Part shown: positions 25,501-38,867 of the stretch, in pieces | Numbering within the stretch: position 1 is the stretch's first letter | Layout: each line of letters starts with the position of its first letter | DNA from: Octopus bimaculoides | Taxonomy: Eukaryota | Direction: 5' to 3' | Length of the DNA: 64,000 bases | Assembly: GCF_001194135.2 (NCBI RefSeq) | Contig: NC_068984.1 | Location: forward strand, 132,600,515 to 132,664,514 | Made by a program: the position numbers and the translations under genes | The notes under the pieces: generated by a model | What the model was told of the DNA's origin: nothing | What the model saw: the letters and a program-made list of their open reading frames with translations, nothing else | Databases searched by the model: none

Positions 25501-26379
25501 TCAAGATGTCATTCTGGTACAATGTGCTTACAGGTAGGCATGCATCAAGATCCGGGTCTCAGTCCCTCCAATTTATTATAGATTTCTAGGTCATATTATG
25601 GGTGTTTAAAACCCTTTAATGACCATGGGAACTCTTGTATGCCAATGCTCCTATTCTCTTAACTGAATCTGTTGAAGATTTTGAAAAGAAATTCTAAGCA
25701 AGAAGACAAAGTCTAGAATTGAGAGGCTTCAAAGTCATCATCATTATTGATATCTGAGATTTTCGTGGAACAAAATGTCTGTATGCTTGTAAGAAAGTGA
25801 ATTTTGTAAAATAATACAAAATGGTAAGAGCATCTTACCAATCTACAGCTATTGCATTCTGTCAACAAGATGGCATGATTTTTTTTTTTCTTTTGTAAGA
25901 AAGTTCACGTTTGTGAGAGTGATTCCTCCAGCTCCCCCCACCACCACCAGCCAAAAATAATTCTTTAAAATTTTGGTACAAAGCCAGTAATTTTAGGGAA
26001 GGGGCAAGTTGATTGTATTGGTCCCAGTACTTGACTGGCAATTTATTTAGTGACCCCAAAAGGGCGAAAGGCAAAGTTGACCTCGGCAGTATTTGAAGTC
26101 AGAATATAAACAACCCGAAAAAAAAAAGCATTTTGTCCGACGTGTTAATAGTTATACCTATTCGCCGCCTTAACCACCAAATAATAAATACTATTTATTT
26201 ATTTATTTATGCTTATTCTACTCGAGTCAGGCTTATTAAAGTTGTTATGAAACGTTAAAAGATTGATTTTGGTATTACACAAGTTTAGAAAAGAAAAAAA
26301 ATACGAAACTATAAAAGAAACACGTTTTGAGTTTACAAAAAGAACACTACGCTTGAGAAAAGTTAAGGTAGTTTAATTA

Positions 26380-26582
26380 ACTGCTTTTCAGCCGATGAAT
26401 CATTTGTATTATCTCTATGGCGCAACTTATCGTCTGCCTGTTGTTATCGAAGCAGACAAGTTTTTTATATTTTATAACGCATGTTTTCATTGGATAACAC
26501 TGTAAACATTAGCATAGTGATGACCAATTATAGAAGGTATTTCAGCAGAAATACGGCGTATCTTCGGAATGTTTCAAAATGG
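26380..26582 (+). promoter_or_regulatory. Putative CP110 core promoter
   Basis: CpG enrichment; TGACCAAT at 26521; TTCAAA (CHR-like) directly before the ATG; AAAATGGCG (YY1-like) overlapping the start codon. Confidence 0.5.
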
Positions 26583-26622
26583 CGCTTGCTGGGCAACATA
26601 ACTTGTCTGATGAAGAAGAAAA
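26579..26622 (+). CDS. CCP110: CP110-like exon 1
   Basis: CAAAATGGCG start in a CpG-richer region; MALAGQHNLSDEEE AA|GTACGT. Confidence 0.72.
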
Positions 26623-29600
26623 GTACGTTGAATCTTTGTTTAATTATCTTGTTTCCCTTTAAACTTCATGGGATAACTAACACACGAATAATACTCGTCT
26701 TAGTATAGTGATTTTTGTGTTAACGCTTACTAATCCTCATGTAACTAAGTTGTTTTCGTTCGTTTAATCATATCCAAACATGTTTTTGTGTTTCTTTTTT
26801 AAGTAATTTATTCTTTCATTTATATGTTTTGTTTTTCTTTGTTGTAGTTTTTGCTAAAGAGAGAAATTCTATAAATATTTGCACTATATCTATTCCGTGG
26901 TTAGTCTGTAGAAACTTTTCTTTTGCTAAAAAGTTAAAATTTAGGACACTTCCCTTCTCGCGTGTGTACGAAGGAAGGACCCAACAGCCTCTTAGTATGT
27001 GAGTGGTAGTTTTTAACCATTCAGGCTTAGCAGTTTTTAAATCGCAAATTCCCAGGATGACTCGAAACTCTACACTAACAGTTGCTGAGTCGACAAAATG
27101 TTCTGAATACAAATCGTAAAATTAGTACAAAATAAAAAGAAATCAACAAATGAATTTCATTAAAATTTATAGTGTTCTGTCTGCCATAAATTTCTAATAA
27201 CATACGGTAGTATTGTTAAAGGTGTTTAGAAATATCGAGATATATCTTTTAATTCAGAGTTTATTTACGACATACTGTTGGCCAAATTTTTTATGAGATA
27301 GGACAAGTTTCCGAAATCCAAAATTGTAGAAGACCGACAGCTCTACATGGGTAACTATCGGAAAGCAGTTGCATCAGTTTAACATTTCAACCTGGCACTT
27401 AGATGTCTTTAGTACAGTCTACTTTAATACAAGTATTTGGAACTGGTTTCCAGATTGAAGATAACCCAATATTTTGATGTGTTGCATGTATGCCGTAGTT
27501 TTTTTCCAAACCATGAAAAAGAAATATACATTACGAAAACACACAAGACAAAAACTACCTAAGTGAAATGGCGAATCTGTAATAAATAAACCTGCAAAAT
27601 TTAGTATCATTAAAACAAAATAAAATTCAGTTTTGAAATGTTGTGAAGAAGAAATTACGTTCATTTAAACAAAAGCAAATCGTAACTGAATTAGTCCCGG
27701 TCAATGTCTGAGAAAAAAGCAAAACAAAAAAAGGGTTTCAGAAGGACAAAGATACATTATATAAGACGAATGTTAGACTTTTCGTGTTTTATGGTATTTT
27801 TTAGCAAAATTCACCTATGAATAACTCCTTCACTTTGTTGCTAAAATAATGATTTTAAACATAGGTATAAGGCCACAAATTTGAGGAGGATACACTGAAA
27901 TTGTTATAGAAGTGGTGTAGTCAATCGAATTAACTTTAATAGAACTCGTTTTGTAAATTTCTACCAATTTTTCCTTCTGAATACTACCAGGTGTAGTGTT
28001 TTATGTGAAGTTTGGGAGGAGGAGAGATAGTGGAGTTCAAGTAAAGAGAGTATGCAACTGCCTAATTTAGAATGTGCTAATAGCAGTGCCAAAGTAGACT
28101 GAGGTGTAATTGCACAGCTGTTATTGCAGAATGACTTGCTTAGATGAAAGCATATTGAGACGACAGTGGGAGACCTCTCTGGGTGTAGTTAGCAGCCAGC
28201 TTAAGTCTGAAATCTTCAAGCCTCACAGAATTGAGAGGATCTTTCTGAATTGGTGGACACCATTTGTTTTCTAACGAAACACTTTCAAACTTGGGACACT
28301 GGTAGAATGTGTCATATAAAACATCTTTTTACTCTTAGTGTTGTTGAGAAAACTTTACATTTTTAAAGTTATTTCATGCTAAATAAAAAATGGTGTCCAC
28401 CAAATCAGAAAGATCCAATTGAGATAGTATTTGAAATACATATGTTGTATTGAAGGCTTAACGTAATGTTTCTCAACCATTTTTTTTCACTGTGGACCCC
28501 TTTGATTCCTATTTTACTTAAATGGACCCTCTTAGCCATTTTATGTTTAAAAAATCCTATTATATTTCTATGATTAAATATTATTGCCAGTACTGGCTGA
28601 CTGGTCCTGTGCCAGTGGCACATAAAAAGTACCATTCTAGCGTTGTCGTTGCCAGTGCTACCTGACTGGCTCCTGTGCCGGTGGCACTTAAAAAGCGCCA
28701 TTCAAGTGTGGTCGATGCCAGTACCACCTGACTGGCCCTCGTGCTGGTGGCACATAAAAAGCACTCTCTACACTCTCAGAGTGATTGACATTAAGAAGGG
28801 CATCCAGCTGTAGAAACTTTGCCTGATCAGATTGGAGCCTGGTGCAGCCTCCTGGCTTTCCAAACCTCAGTCAAACCTATGCCAGCATGGAAAGCAGACG
28901 TTAAACGATGATGATTATTAGGAATTGTATTTTTTTAAATTGTTAAAATATATTGTGAATTGTAGAAGTATAACAAATTTATTACACACAAATTTTAACA
29001 AAATCTTTTATAGACCCTCAAGGGCCATATGGTTGAAAACCATTGGCTTAACTAATCCAAATCAGTATGGGACAAATGACTAAGATAGCGACATTGACAA
29101 TGGTGATGGGGATACAATCATCATCATCATCATCGTTTAACGTCCGTTTTCCCTGCTGGCATGGGTTAGACAGTTTGACTGAAGGACTGTCAATGTTTCT
29201 ACAGCTGGATGCCCTTCCTAAAGCCAGCCACTCTGTAGTGGGTGCTTTTTACATGCCACCGGCACGACCCACGCATAAATGGTGCTTATTGCGTGCCACC
29301 AGCACTGGTATCAGTCACAACTACAATTTCAATATAAATTGAAGTCTATTTTATCTACTGTTCTAACTTAATAGCATGTGACATTTTGTTTCCTTCTCTT
29401 TTGTTAATCTCAATTCTCTTGTACTCTTATATTTCAGCCAAAACAAATATTTTGATTTACTCTCTCAAATACCCCAGCTACTGACCCAAATTGAAGAGCA
29501 TGTTCTTTCTCCCACCGATCCAAGTGAAAGTGTTAGTTACAGCTCTAATCCATCCAATTCTAAGCCTTATGTTTCCTGTATAAAGATTAATGGTGTACCA

Positions 29601-32600
29601 ATCTTGCCTCCAATTGTAAGTACAAGAAACTTGAAATTATATTTATATACTAGCTGGCCCTGTGCTGTCAAAAATGACAGCTAATTGTAGTATTTTATAT
29701 ATAAATAAGGTACATAATCACAGATACAAACATTCACACACTTCCCTTGTACATGCACACACACATATACTCACAGAGTTGAAACACTGTTTGATTTTTC
29801 TTTTCAGCATTGAAAGTTCACCATCCCACTTCCATTGCACACATGCACACACATTCACATGACTCCCTTTTATATACACACATATATACTCATGCAGAGT
29901 TGAAATGCTGTTTGATTTTTTTTTTTTTACCATTGAACTTCCATCAACCCACTACCAAGTTTGCTATCACCCCTCCCTTCTTTATTCATCTATACCCCCT
30001 TCGTTTCCCATTCATATATTGTGACGGAGAAATACACAAAAGTTATTATTATAGTAGAAGATATGGATGGTAAATCAAATTAATACACTTGTCAGTGTTC
30101 ACATACATTCACATACCTCCCTTGTATATGCACACACGTACATATACTCACACATAGTTGAAATGCTATTTGATTTTTTTTTTCAGCATTGAATGTTCAA
30201 CCATCCTATTTCCATTGCACACACAGACACACACACATTCACTTGATGGATGAAGTGACACAAGATCAACAAAAGTAGCAGCCTGACCTATACAAATGAA
30301 AATCGTTTTCATATATTCACATTTTATATATTCCATGTTTCGCCTCTTCCACTAGAACTAATATTTCATCATTGAGCCATATCATCATCATTTAACATGT
30401 TTTCCATGCTGGCATGGGTTGGATGGTTTAACGGGATCTAGTGAGCTGCGGGGCTGCATCAAGCTCAAATGTCAGCTTTGGCATGTTTTCTACAGCTGGA
30501 TGCCCTCCCCAATGCCAGCCACTTTACAGTAAGTACTGGGTGCTTTAAGTATACTTGTATATGTATGCTTTTGTATCTATACATCTTGTTTTCAAATTGA
30601 GAGTACAAGTATTTAAGGTCATAACTACTAGAATAGCAAAGTGGAGTTGGACTTGACTGTAAAGGTATTAGACTTCTAATTACATGATTTGTCTTCCAAA
30701 GCTTGATGATGCTGAAAGAGAAGAAATGAGACAATACAGAGATGAAGCTGTCAGACGGATGCAACAACGTAACCAAAGAAAACGGACATTGACAGATACT
30801 TCTGCTTCTGTAAGTAAATTATTTTTAGTATTTATAACAGAATTTTCCTTGTATTCAAATTTTTAATTCTTTGTTGGGATGGATAAAGCCTAACATATTG
30901 CATGAATCTCTATATTGTAAGTGTTTGGGCTGGACATTGTTCTCACCAGTCTATGAGAGTCCAAAAAAGTTGTGCACACTGCCTTTCTTTTAATTAACTT
31001 ACTAAAGGAAAATAGCCTGGTAGATTTATGCATATGGCTGGAGCAGCTAAATAACTGTTACCTCAAATTATCTTCTGTAATTTGTTATCCAATGAAGGCA
31101 CATGGCTCAGTGGTTAGAGCATTGGGCTCACAATCATGAGGTAATGAGATCAATTCTCAGACCAAGCTGTGTGTTGTGTTCTTGAGCAAGACACTTTATT
31201 TCATGTTGCTCTAATTCACTCAGCTGTAGAAATGAGTTGTAATGTCGCTGGTGCCAAGCTGTATCAGCATTTGCCTTTCCCTTGGATAGCATCGGTGGTG
31301 TGAAGAGAGGAGGTTGGTATGCACGGGCAACTGCTGGTCTTCCATAAACAACCTTGCCCAGACTTGTGCCTCAGAGGGGAACTTTCTAGGTGCAATCCCA
31401 TGGTCATTCATGTCCAAAGGGGGTCTTGACCCTTTTAGTTGCCATCCATATTTTCAGCTATTTTATCAATTGAAGCAAATAAATGTATGTGATATGATTT
31501 AAGATGCTAATCATGGATTAACAATATATTTTTAGATTATCACCATCTTATCCAGCCAGCACTCCAAATTTCTTTTATTTTGTTGTATAATCTATTATAA
31601 CTCTGCATTATTTCTTATTGTAATTTATGAATTCATAAGCAAAATCATCACATTTCAGATTAACTCTTCTACTGTTGCTGAGAACATTTCAAATCCTCTT
31701 CTGGAACAAGACAGAACTGCACCATTTCATGACAATATAACAATACCTGGGTGTATACCTGAAGAAGACAAATCTTCAGACAATCTTCCACAGTCTTCAT
31801 CCCCAGAAGAAGAACTTGTTCCCCAACTTTCACATGAACTAATCCCTCCAAAAGATGAAATCTCTTTTCAGGACAATAGAGGACAGACAAATCTAAATTC
31901 ACCTACAGAGAACAGAGAAGAGACAAATTTAAGCTCACCTTCACTCAGATTAAAATATTGTGACAATTTACTGATTACCAGCTCTCTTTCTGACTTGGGC
32001 TCCTTAGAAGAAGGTTCATTACCCACCGAAATGAATGGTATGCCCCTAACTTCCCGATGTGAGCAACAAATTACTAAAGATCTTTCAACTCTTATCAAAC
32101 ATTTACCTGACAACTGTAGTTCTGACAATTCTGACTTTAGTGATTTCGTTTCTGCTTCCAACTTCGATTTAATCTGTGAGTCTCCTGAGCTTGATAAGGA
32201 AATTCCTCCTGTCACTAAATCAGCTTCAGATGAACCAGTAATCTGTTCCTTTCTTTCCAATATGAAACCAAACACAAGTGATTCCCCTCTCCATTTACCA
32301 AATGATACATCCCAAAATGTTCTGAGGGCTCCTATATTTCTCACGGATGAAAATGGTTTGGAATTGCACGCATTGCCAGCTGAAAGCCAAAGTTCGATGC
32401 AAATTAGTGTTAATGAGGGGCAAGGATGGATCATGACCTCTCCTTTGATTGCTTATGTCACCAAGAAACGACCTGAAACAGTAGGCATGTCTTCCAATTC
32501 ATCTCAAAAGCCCATTAAAATCCAACAGGCAGGTAACGCCACCTTTACAATTGACCGCAAAGACGATGGAGAAGAAAGTCACCTTGTTCGGCCTGTAATA

Positions 32601-35488
32601 TCTAGCAATCAAGATTCTTGGGGCGCTAATGTTTGTCAAGCAGACTATAGTAATAACTCCATTTCTCCTAAAGCTAAACTAAACCAGTCCTGTAATAATA
32701 ACAATAATATTAATAATAATAACAACAACAATTCTGTCCAAGTTCATTCTTCAAATCAAGAGCAAATCATTACAAATCATCAGAATACAAATCCTGCTGT
32801 TTTGCCAGCAAATTTGAACACCACATGTAATTCAAGTAAAAGAGACAAGTCTTTCATCGATGCCAGTTTAAATGAACCAAAGTTAGAGGATGATGAACGC
32901 AAAATGCTGTTGCCATTTTTGTCTTCACCACATAATTTATCTCTAAAAGACCATTTCAGTGATGATTCTTTAGACGAACTTTTATTTGGGATTGACAAAA
33001 TTGGATTCGTTCCACGGAAGGATGGTGATGGCAGCGACTTGAAGGATTTAAGCAATCCAGTCAAAACAGGTGCTATCAATAAGAAATGTAATTCTAAGCA
33101 GCCAACTAAGACACAAGTAAGTTTTTATATTATTTATTTACTCTTTTACTTTTGGTTCTACAAAAAAATACACCCAGGAAAGTGGTTGGTGTTAGAAATG
33201 GCATCCAGCTGAAGAAACCATGCCAAAACTTGAGACATGTGATTTGTCTAGGAAGGCAGTAACTCCATATAAATTCTGACTCACACTGGCAGACAGTCAC
33301 AGAAATAATGATTAGGGGGATGATTTGGTAGTATTATTATATTGATACAATTTTGGCTCAAGACCTGTGATTTTGAAGAGAGTGGTCAGTTCATTTCTTC
33401 AACCCCTTTACTCAACTGATACTTATTTCATTACCCAGAAAGAGTGAAAAGCAAAGTTGATCTTGGAGGCATTTCGACTCAGAACATAGAGGGCTGGAAG
33501 AAATGCTACTAAGCATTTTGTCTGGTGTATGAATGATTCTGCCAGCTTACCATCTGATATAATATTAATATATAAGGCAGCAAGCTGGACAAAATACTTA
33601 GGAACATTTCATCTGTCTTCATGTTCCGAGTTCAAATTCCACCGAGGTCAACTTTTCTTTTCCTCCTTTCAGAGTCATTAAAATAAGTACTGGTCTTATA
33701 TTGGGATTGATAAAATCAATTAGCCACCCGCCCCCAACAAAATTTCAGGCCTTGTGCCTATAGTGGAAAGGATTATTATATTAATATATCAGTTAAGGTA
33801 GCAAGCTGGCAGTATCGTTAGCACGCTGGGCGAAATGCTTAGCAGTATTTTGTCTGCCACTACGTTCTGGGTTCAAATTCCGCTAAGGTCGACTTTGCCT
33901 TTCATCCTTTCAGGGTTGATGAAATAAGTACCAGTTACGTACTGGGTCAATGTAATCGACTAATCCTCTCTCCTCAAATTTCAGTCCTTGTGCCTGTAGT
34001 AGAAAGGATATTAATATATCATCATCATCATCATCATCGTTTAACGTCCGCTTTCCATGCTAGCATGGGTTGGACGATTTGACTGAGGACTGGTGAAACC
34101 GGATGGCAACACCAGGCTCCAATCTAATTTGGCAGAGTTTCTACAGCTGGATGCCCTTCCTAACGCCAACCACTCAGAGAGTGTAGTGGGTGCTTTTACG
34201 TGTCACCCGCACGAAAATGGCCACGCTCGAAATGGTGTCTTTTATGTGCCACCCGCACAAGAGCCAGTCCAGGGGCACTGGCAACGATCTCGCTCGAAAA
34301 CCCTACAAAGGCCAATCAGCATTCATTATATTAATATCACAATATTCATGTGAAAAATCTATTGTATATTTTTATTTTAATCACTTTCTAGTAAGAGTTC
34401 TGTTATGCTAAGGTGTAATAACATTCATACGTTCATCTCTGAATTATTCCTTTCCAGACCAGTCTCCCTACCAAATCAATTCAAACTAACTTCACTACGG
34501 TAACAACTCATTCTTCTCACAACTTGCCAGTTTCCACTGCTACTGTTACCATGGCTGATATCCCTAATCCATCAGAGGTATGCAGTCTTGCAGAGATCTC
34601 TGCTTCAGATTCCACAGCCAATCATTTAAATCCAGCAGAAAAGAAAATAGCCATAACTAGTCCAAGCCTAATTCCAAAGTATTGTAGTGATTCGTTAATT
34701 CGCCGGGGCTCGTATACCCTTGGAGAGCCATCAGTTGATTTAAGAAAATACTTAAACAATTCAATCCACAATTCCCATGAAGATAAAGATGCTGACAATA
34801 ACAGCAGTTGTTCAGATTCTGACAAAATCCCTACTTATGAAGATTTTGAAACTCAACTTCTGAAGAAAAATTCTGAAAATGTCAGCCCATTACCTATCAG
34901 AGTTGAAATAGACAGCTTTAAATCAGAACAGCAATCTACAAGACAAAACGAGGTTAAAAACACAAGTAGTAATTCTATCCAACATTCTTCCCCTGTTACA
35001 AAAGAGAAAATTCCCAGAAACTCAATTTTGGAAAATATTCCATTATCAGCAGCTTCATGCCAAAGTGAATACAGCCCATTAAATACTTCAAGAAAAAAAT
35101 CTCCAATCAAGAAAAAAGAAGACAAATGCAACATGAATACTTCTGCATTAAATCATACACAAAATGGTTTGGAAACTTCAGCTTTCAAAGGTAACATTCA
35201 CTTTAAGTTTTTAAAGATTTTTTGTTTGTTTTTGTTTACAATTTGTTTACATAGGCACAGGAGTGGCTGTGTGGTAAGTAGCTTGCTTACCAACCACATG
35301 GTTCTGGGTTCAGTCCCACTGCGTGGCACCTTGGGCAAGTGTCTTCTACTATAGCCTCAGGCCGACCAANNNNNNNNNNNNNNNNNNNNNNNNNNNNNNN
35401 NNNNNNNNNNNNNNNNNNNNNNNNNNNNNNNNNNNNNNNNNNNNNNNNNNNNNNNNNNNNNNNNNNCGTCATATATATGTATGTGTGT

Positions 35489-35526
<38 letters not shown>

Positions 35527-36207
35527 CTGTGTTTGTCAACCGATGCTGGTGTGTTTACGTCCCCGTAACTTAGTGGTTTGGCAAAAAAGAGACCGATAGA
35601 ATAAGTACCAGGCTTACAAAGAGTAAGTCCTGGGGTCGATTTTCTTGACTAAAAGGCGGTGCTCCAGCATGGCCGCAGTCAAATAACTGAAACAAGCAAA
35701 AGAGTAAAAGAGTAATTGCAAACCTCCTTAATTTCAATGTTTTGCTTCTAAGTTAAGCCTTTTCCTGTGCAAAGCATTTTCATAAGTTTGTCCTAATCAT
35801 TCAATGCTTGCTTTCAGACTTTTTAGTTAGCCCTTGTTTTATAGATCCTAAGTAATATAAAGCTTTCCTTTCATAAGCCTCAAGTTACTCTGGTGGTTAA
35901 AAAAAATTGGAAGTGTATATCATATATGGTGCATGGACATCAGGCAAATACATCCTGCACATCACGTGATACACAGGACAGGCAGAGTGTTAAAAACCAG
36001 GCAGTTACATCTTTATCTTCTATCTTTTACTGGTTTCAGTCTTAGACTGTGGCCATGCTCGGGCACTGCCTTGAAGAATTTTAGCCTGGTACTTATTCTG
36101 TTAGTCTCTTTATGCCGAACCGCTAAAGTTACAGGGATCTAAACATACCAACACCAGTTGTCAAATGGAGGTAAGGGATGAACAAAGGCACTAAGAAACA
36201 AACACAC

Positions 36208-36241
<34 letters not shown>

Positions 36242-36678
36242 NNNNNNNNNNNNNNNNNNNNNNNNNNNNNNNNNNNNNNNNNNNNNNNNNNNNNNNNNNN
36301 NNNNNNNNNNNNNNNNNNNNNNNNNNNNNNNNNNNNNNNNNNNNNNNNNNNNNNNNNNNNNNNNNNNNNNNNNNNNNNNNNNNNNNNNNNNNNNNNNNNN
36401 NNNNNNNNNNNNNNNNNNNNNNNNNNNNNNNNNNNNNNNNNNNNNNNNNNNNNNNNNNNNNNNNNNNNNNNNNNNNNNNNNNNNNNNNNNNNNNNNNNNN
36501 NNNNNNNNNNNNNNNNNNNNNNNNNNNNNNNNNNNNNNNNNNNNNNNNNNNNNNNNNNNNNNNNNNNNNNNNNNNNNNNNNNNNNNNNNNNNNNNNNNNN
36601 NNNNNNNNNNNNNNNNNNNNNNNNNNNNNNNNNNNNNNNNNNNNNNNNNNNNNNNNNNNNNNNNNNNNNNNNNNNNNN

Positions 36679-36711
<33 letters not shown>

Positions 36712-38832
36712 CTATATATATATATATGTATCTATATATATGTATCAGTGCCACCGAACTGGCTCCTGTGCAGGTGGCACGTAAAATACACCATTTTGAG
36801 CATGGTTGTTGCCAGTACCGCCTGACTGGCCTTCGTCGGTAAAAGCACTCACTACACTCTCAGAGTGGTTGGCATTAGGAAGGGCATCCAGCTGTAGAAA
36901 CTCTGCTAAATCAGATTGGAGCCTGGTGTAGCCAACTGGTTTCACNNNNNNNNNNATCAGATTGGAGCCTGGTGTAGCCAACTGGTTTCACCAGTCCTCA
37001 GTCAAATCGTCCAACCCATGCTAGCATGGAAAGCGGACGTTAAACAACGATGATGATGATCTATATACACATACACACACACACAACAGGCTTCTTTCAG
37101 TTTCCATCTGCCAAATCCACTTGCAACGCTTTGGTTAGCTCAAGTATATAGTAGAAGGTGTCATGCAGTAGGACTGAAACCACAACCATGTGGCTGGGAA
37201 ACAAGCTTGTAGCGTACTTCTCTCTCGGACGTAGCAGATAACAGCTAGCCTTCGGCTGCATCTTTGGTCCCTGTTGTGTCCACCACTCTGATTGGTTGGT
37301 ATTGGTGCATTTTTGTCTCTTGTTCTATTTTGCGCCAGATAGATTTAGCTGCTATTGCTAGCAGTTCAATCAACTGCATATAGGCTCTATTGTTGCGTTG
37401 AGTTTCAAATATTATTTCTGTGGGGAGACACAGTAAACAATCTAACAGCATAACTCCCTCTCTCTTTTGTGAAGTTATGCTGGATTATTTCAGAAAGATT
37501 TTGTTTTTTTTTAAATCTCTATAAAATGTGTTTTGAGAAATGTTATATCAAGCAAAAAAAAAAAAAATTATTAAACTTGTATCATTTCAGCTTCTAACTC
37601 GCCAGGCCAGTCTGCTGTTCTTACAAGCAATGAGCTGTTTGACTGGGAAGACATGTTTGAAGATGAGTTGAGATCATTTTTCAGTGAAAAAAGACAATCA
37701 TTTATGAAGATGCAGCAACAATTTAGAGAATATGAAGAACAATTTGAAGAGGAGTACCAGAGAACTCTTGACAGCATGAAGAAATCTCAACGTTGGCCAA
37801 AAGAATTCACACCTGACATGAATATTTTCATTCCTAAAACAGACATGACTGGCAATCCAACTGAGGAGCAAGCATTGTTGAATTACCAACACACTCCTGA
37901 ATCTACCACTTCACAACGAAAATCATATAAACTTATTAAGGTATGTCTTTAATTTTAATCAATCAATAATTTTACGTGTGGAGGCACATAGCCTAGTGGT
38001 TAGAGCAGCAGACTCGTGGTCAAGGGATCACAGGTTCGAATCTCAGTCCTGGTGATGTGTGTGTTTATGAGTGAAACACTTAAGCTTCACGCAACTCCAG
38101 CAGAAGATAATGGCAAACTTTTGTTGACTCTTTCGCCAAACCTTCTTGCCTATATCCAAAAGGAAACCATCAAGCATATTGGTAATTACTCACAATTAAA
38201 CTACAATCACAGATGTGTCACATCTCACCTCGTACATGAAGCCCCTTTTTCTACTCCTCTATTTGTCATTTCCTGTGACCCTTCACCAAACACGTTACCC
38301 AACTGTTTCACCTAAGAACTGCAACCTTTTGGGATTCCTCTCCAGTTCACATTTTTCTGCAGGCACTGACAAACAGGTGTTCCAACTGAACATCAATTAT
38401 ATCATCTTATGAGACCCTACAGGCACCAGGGGTTCTGACCCACTTCCCCCAGCTAATTAATAAAATAAACTCATAATTTTGTTCTGGTTTCAAATCCTGC
38501 AGGGGTTAACTTTAGCTTTCATCTTCCTAGGTTTGATAAAGCACCTGTAGAGTATTGGGAATCACCCTGACTGAGTATACCGTTTTTCCTATGACTTCCA
38601 GGCCTTGTGCTAATATGAGAAATCATCATCATTATTATTGTGGTGGTGAGCTAGCAGAATCATTAGTACATTGGACAAACATACTTGGCAGCATTTCTTC
38701 TGACTCATTCAAATTCTGCCAAGGTTCACTTTGCCTTTCATCCTTTTGGAGTCAATAAAATAAGTACCACTTGAGTCTGGGGGTCAATGTAATTAACTCT
38801 CTGCCCCTAAAAATTTGCTGTCCTTGTGCCAA

Positions 38833-38867
<35 letters not shown>

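Noticed and set aside
31669-33079. Minus-strand ORFs overlapping CP110 exon 5 (also 34622-35134 and 37571-37892)
   Set aside because: Antisense shadows of the plus-strand coding exons; no splice or homology support
36900-36995. Apparent tandem duplications on either side of 10-N gaps (also 44310-44400)
   Set aside because: Identical sequence flanking short placeholder gaps points to unmerged contig overlap
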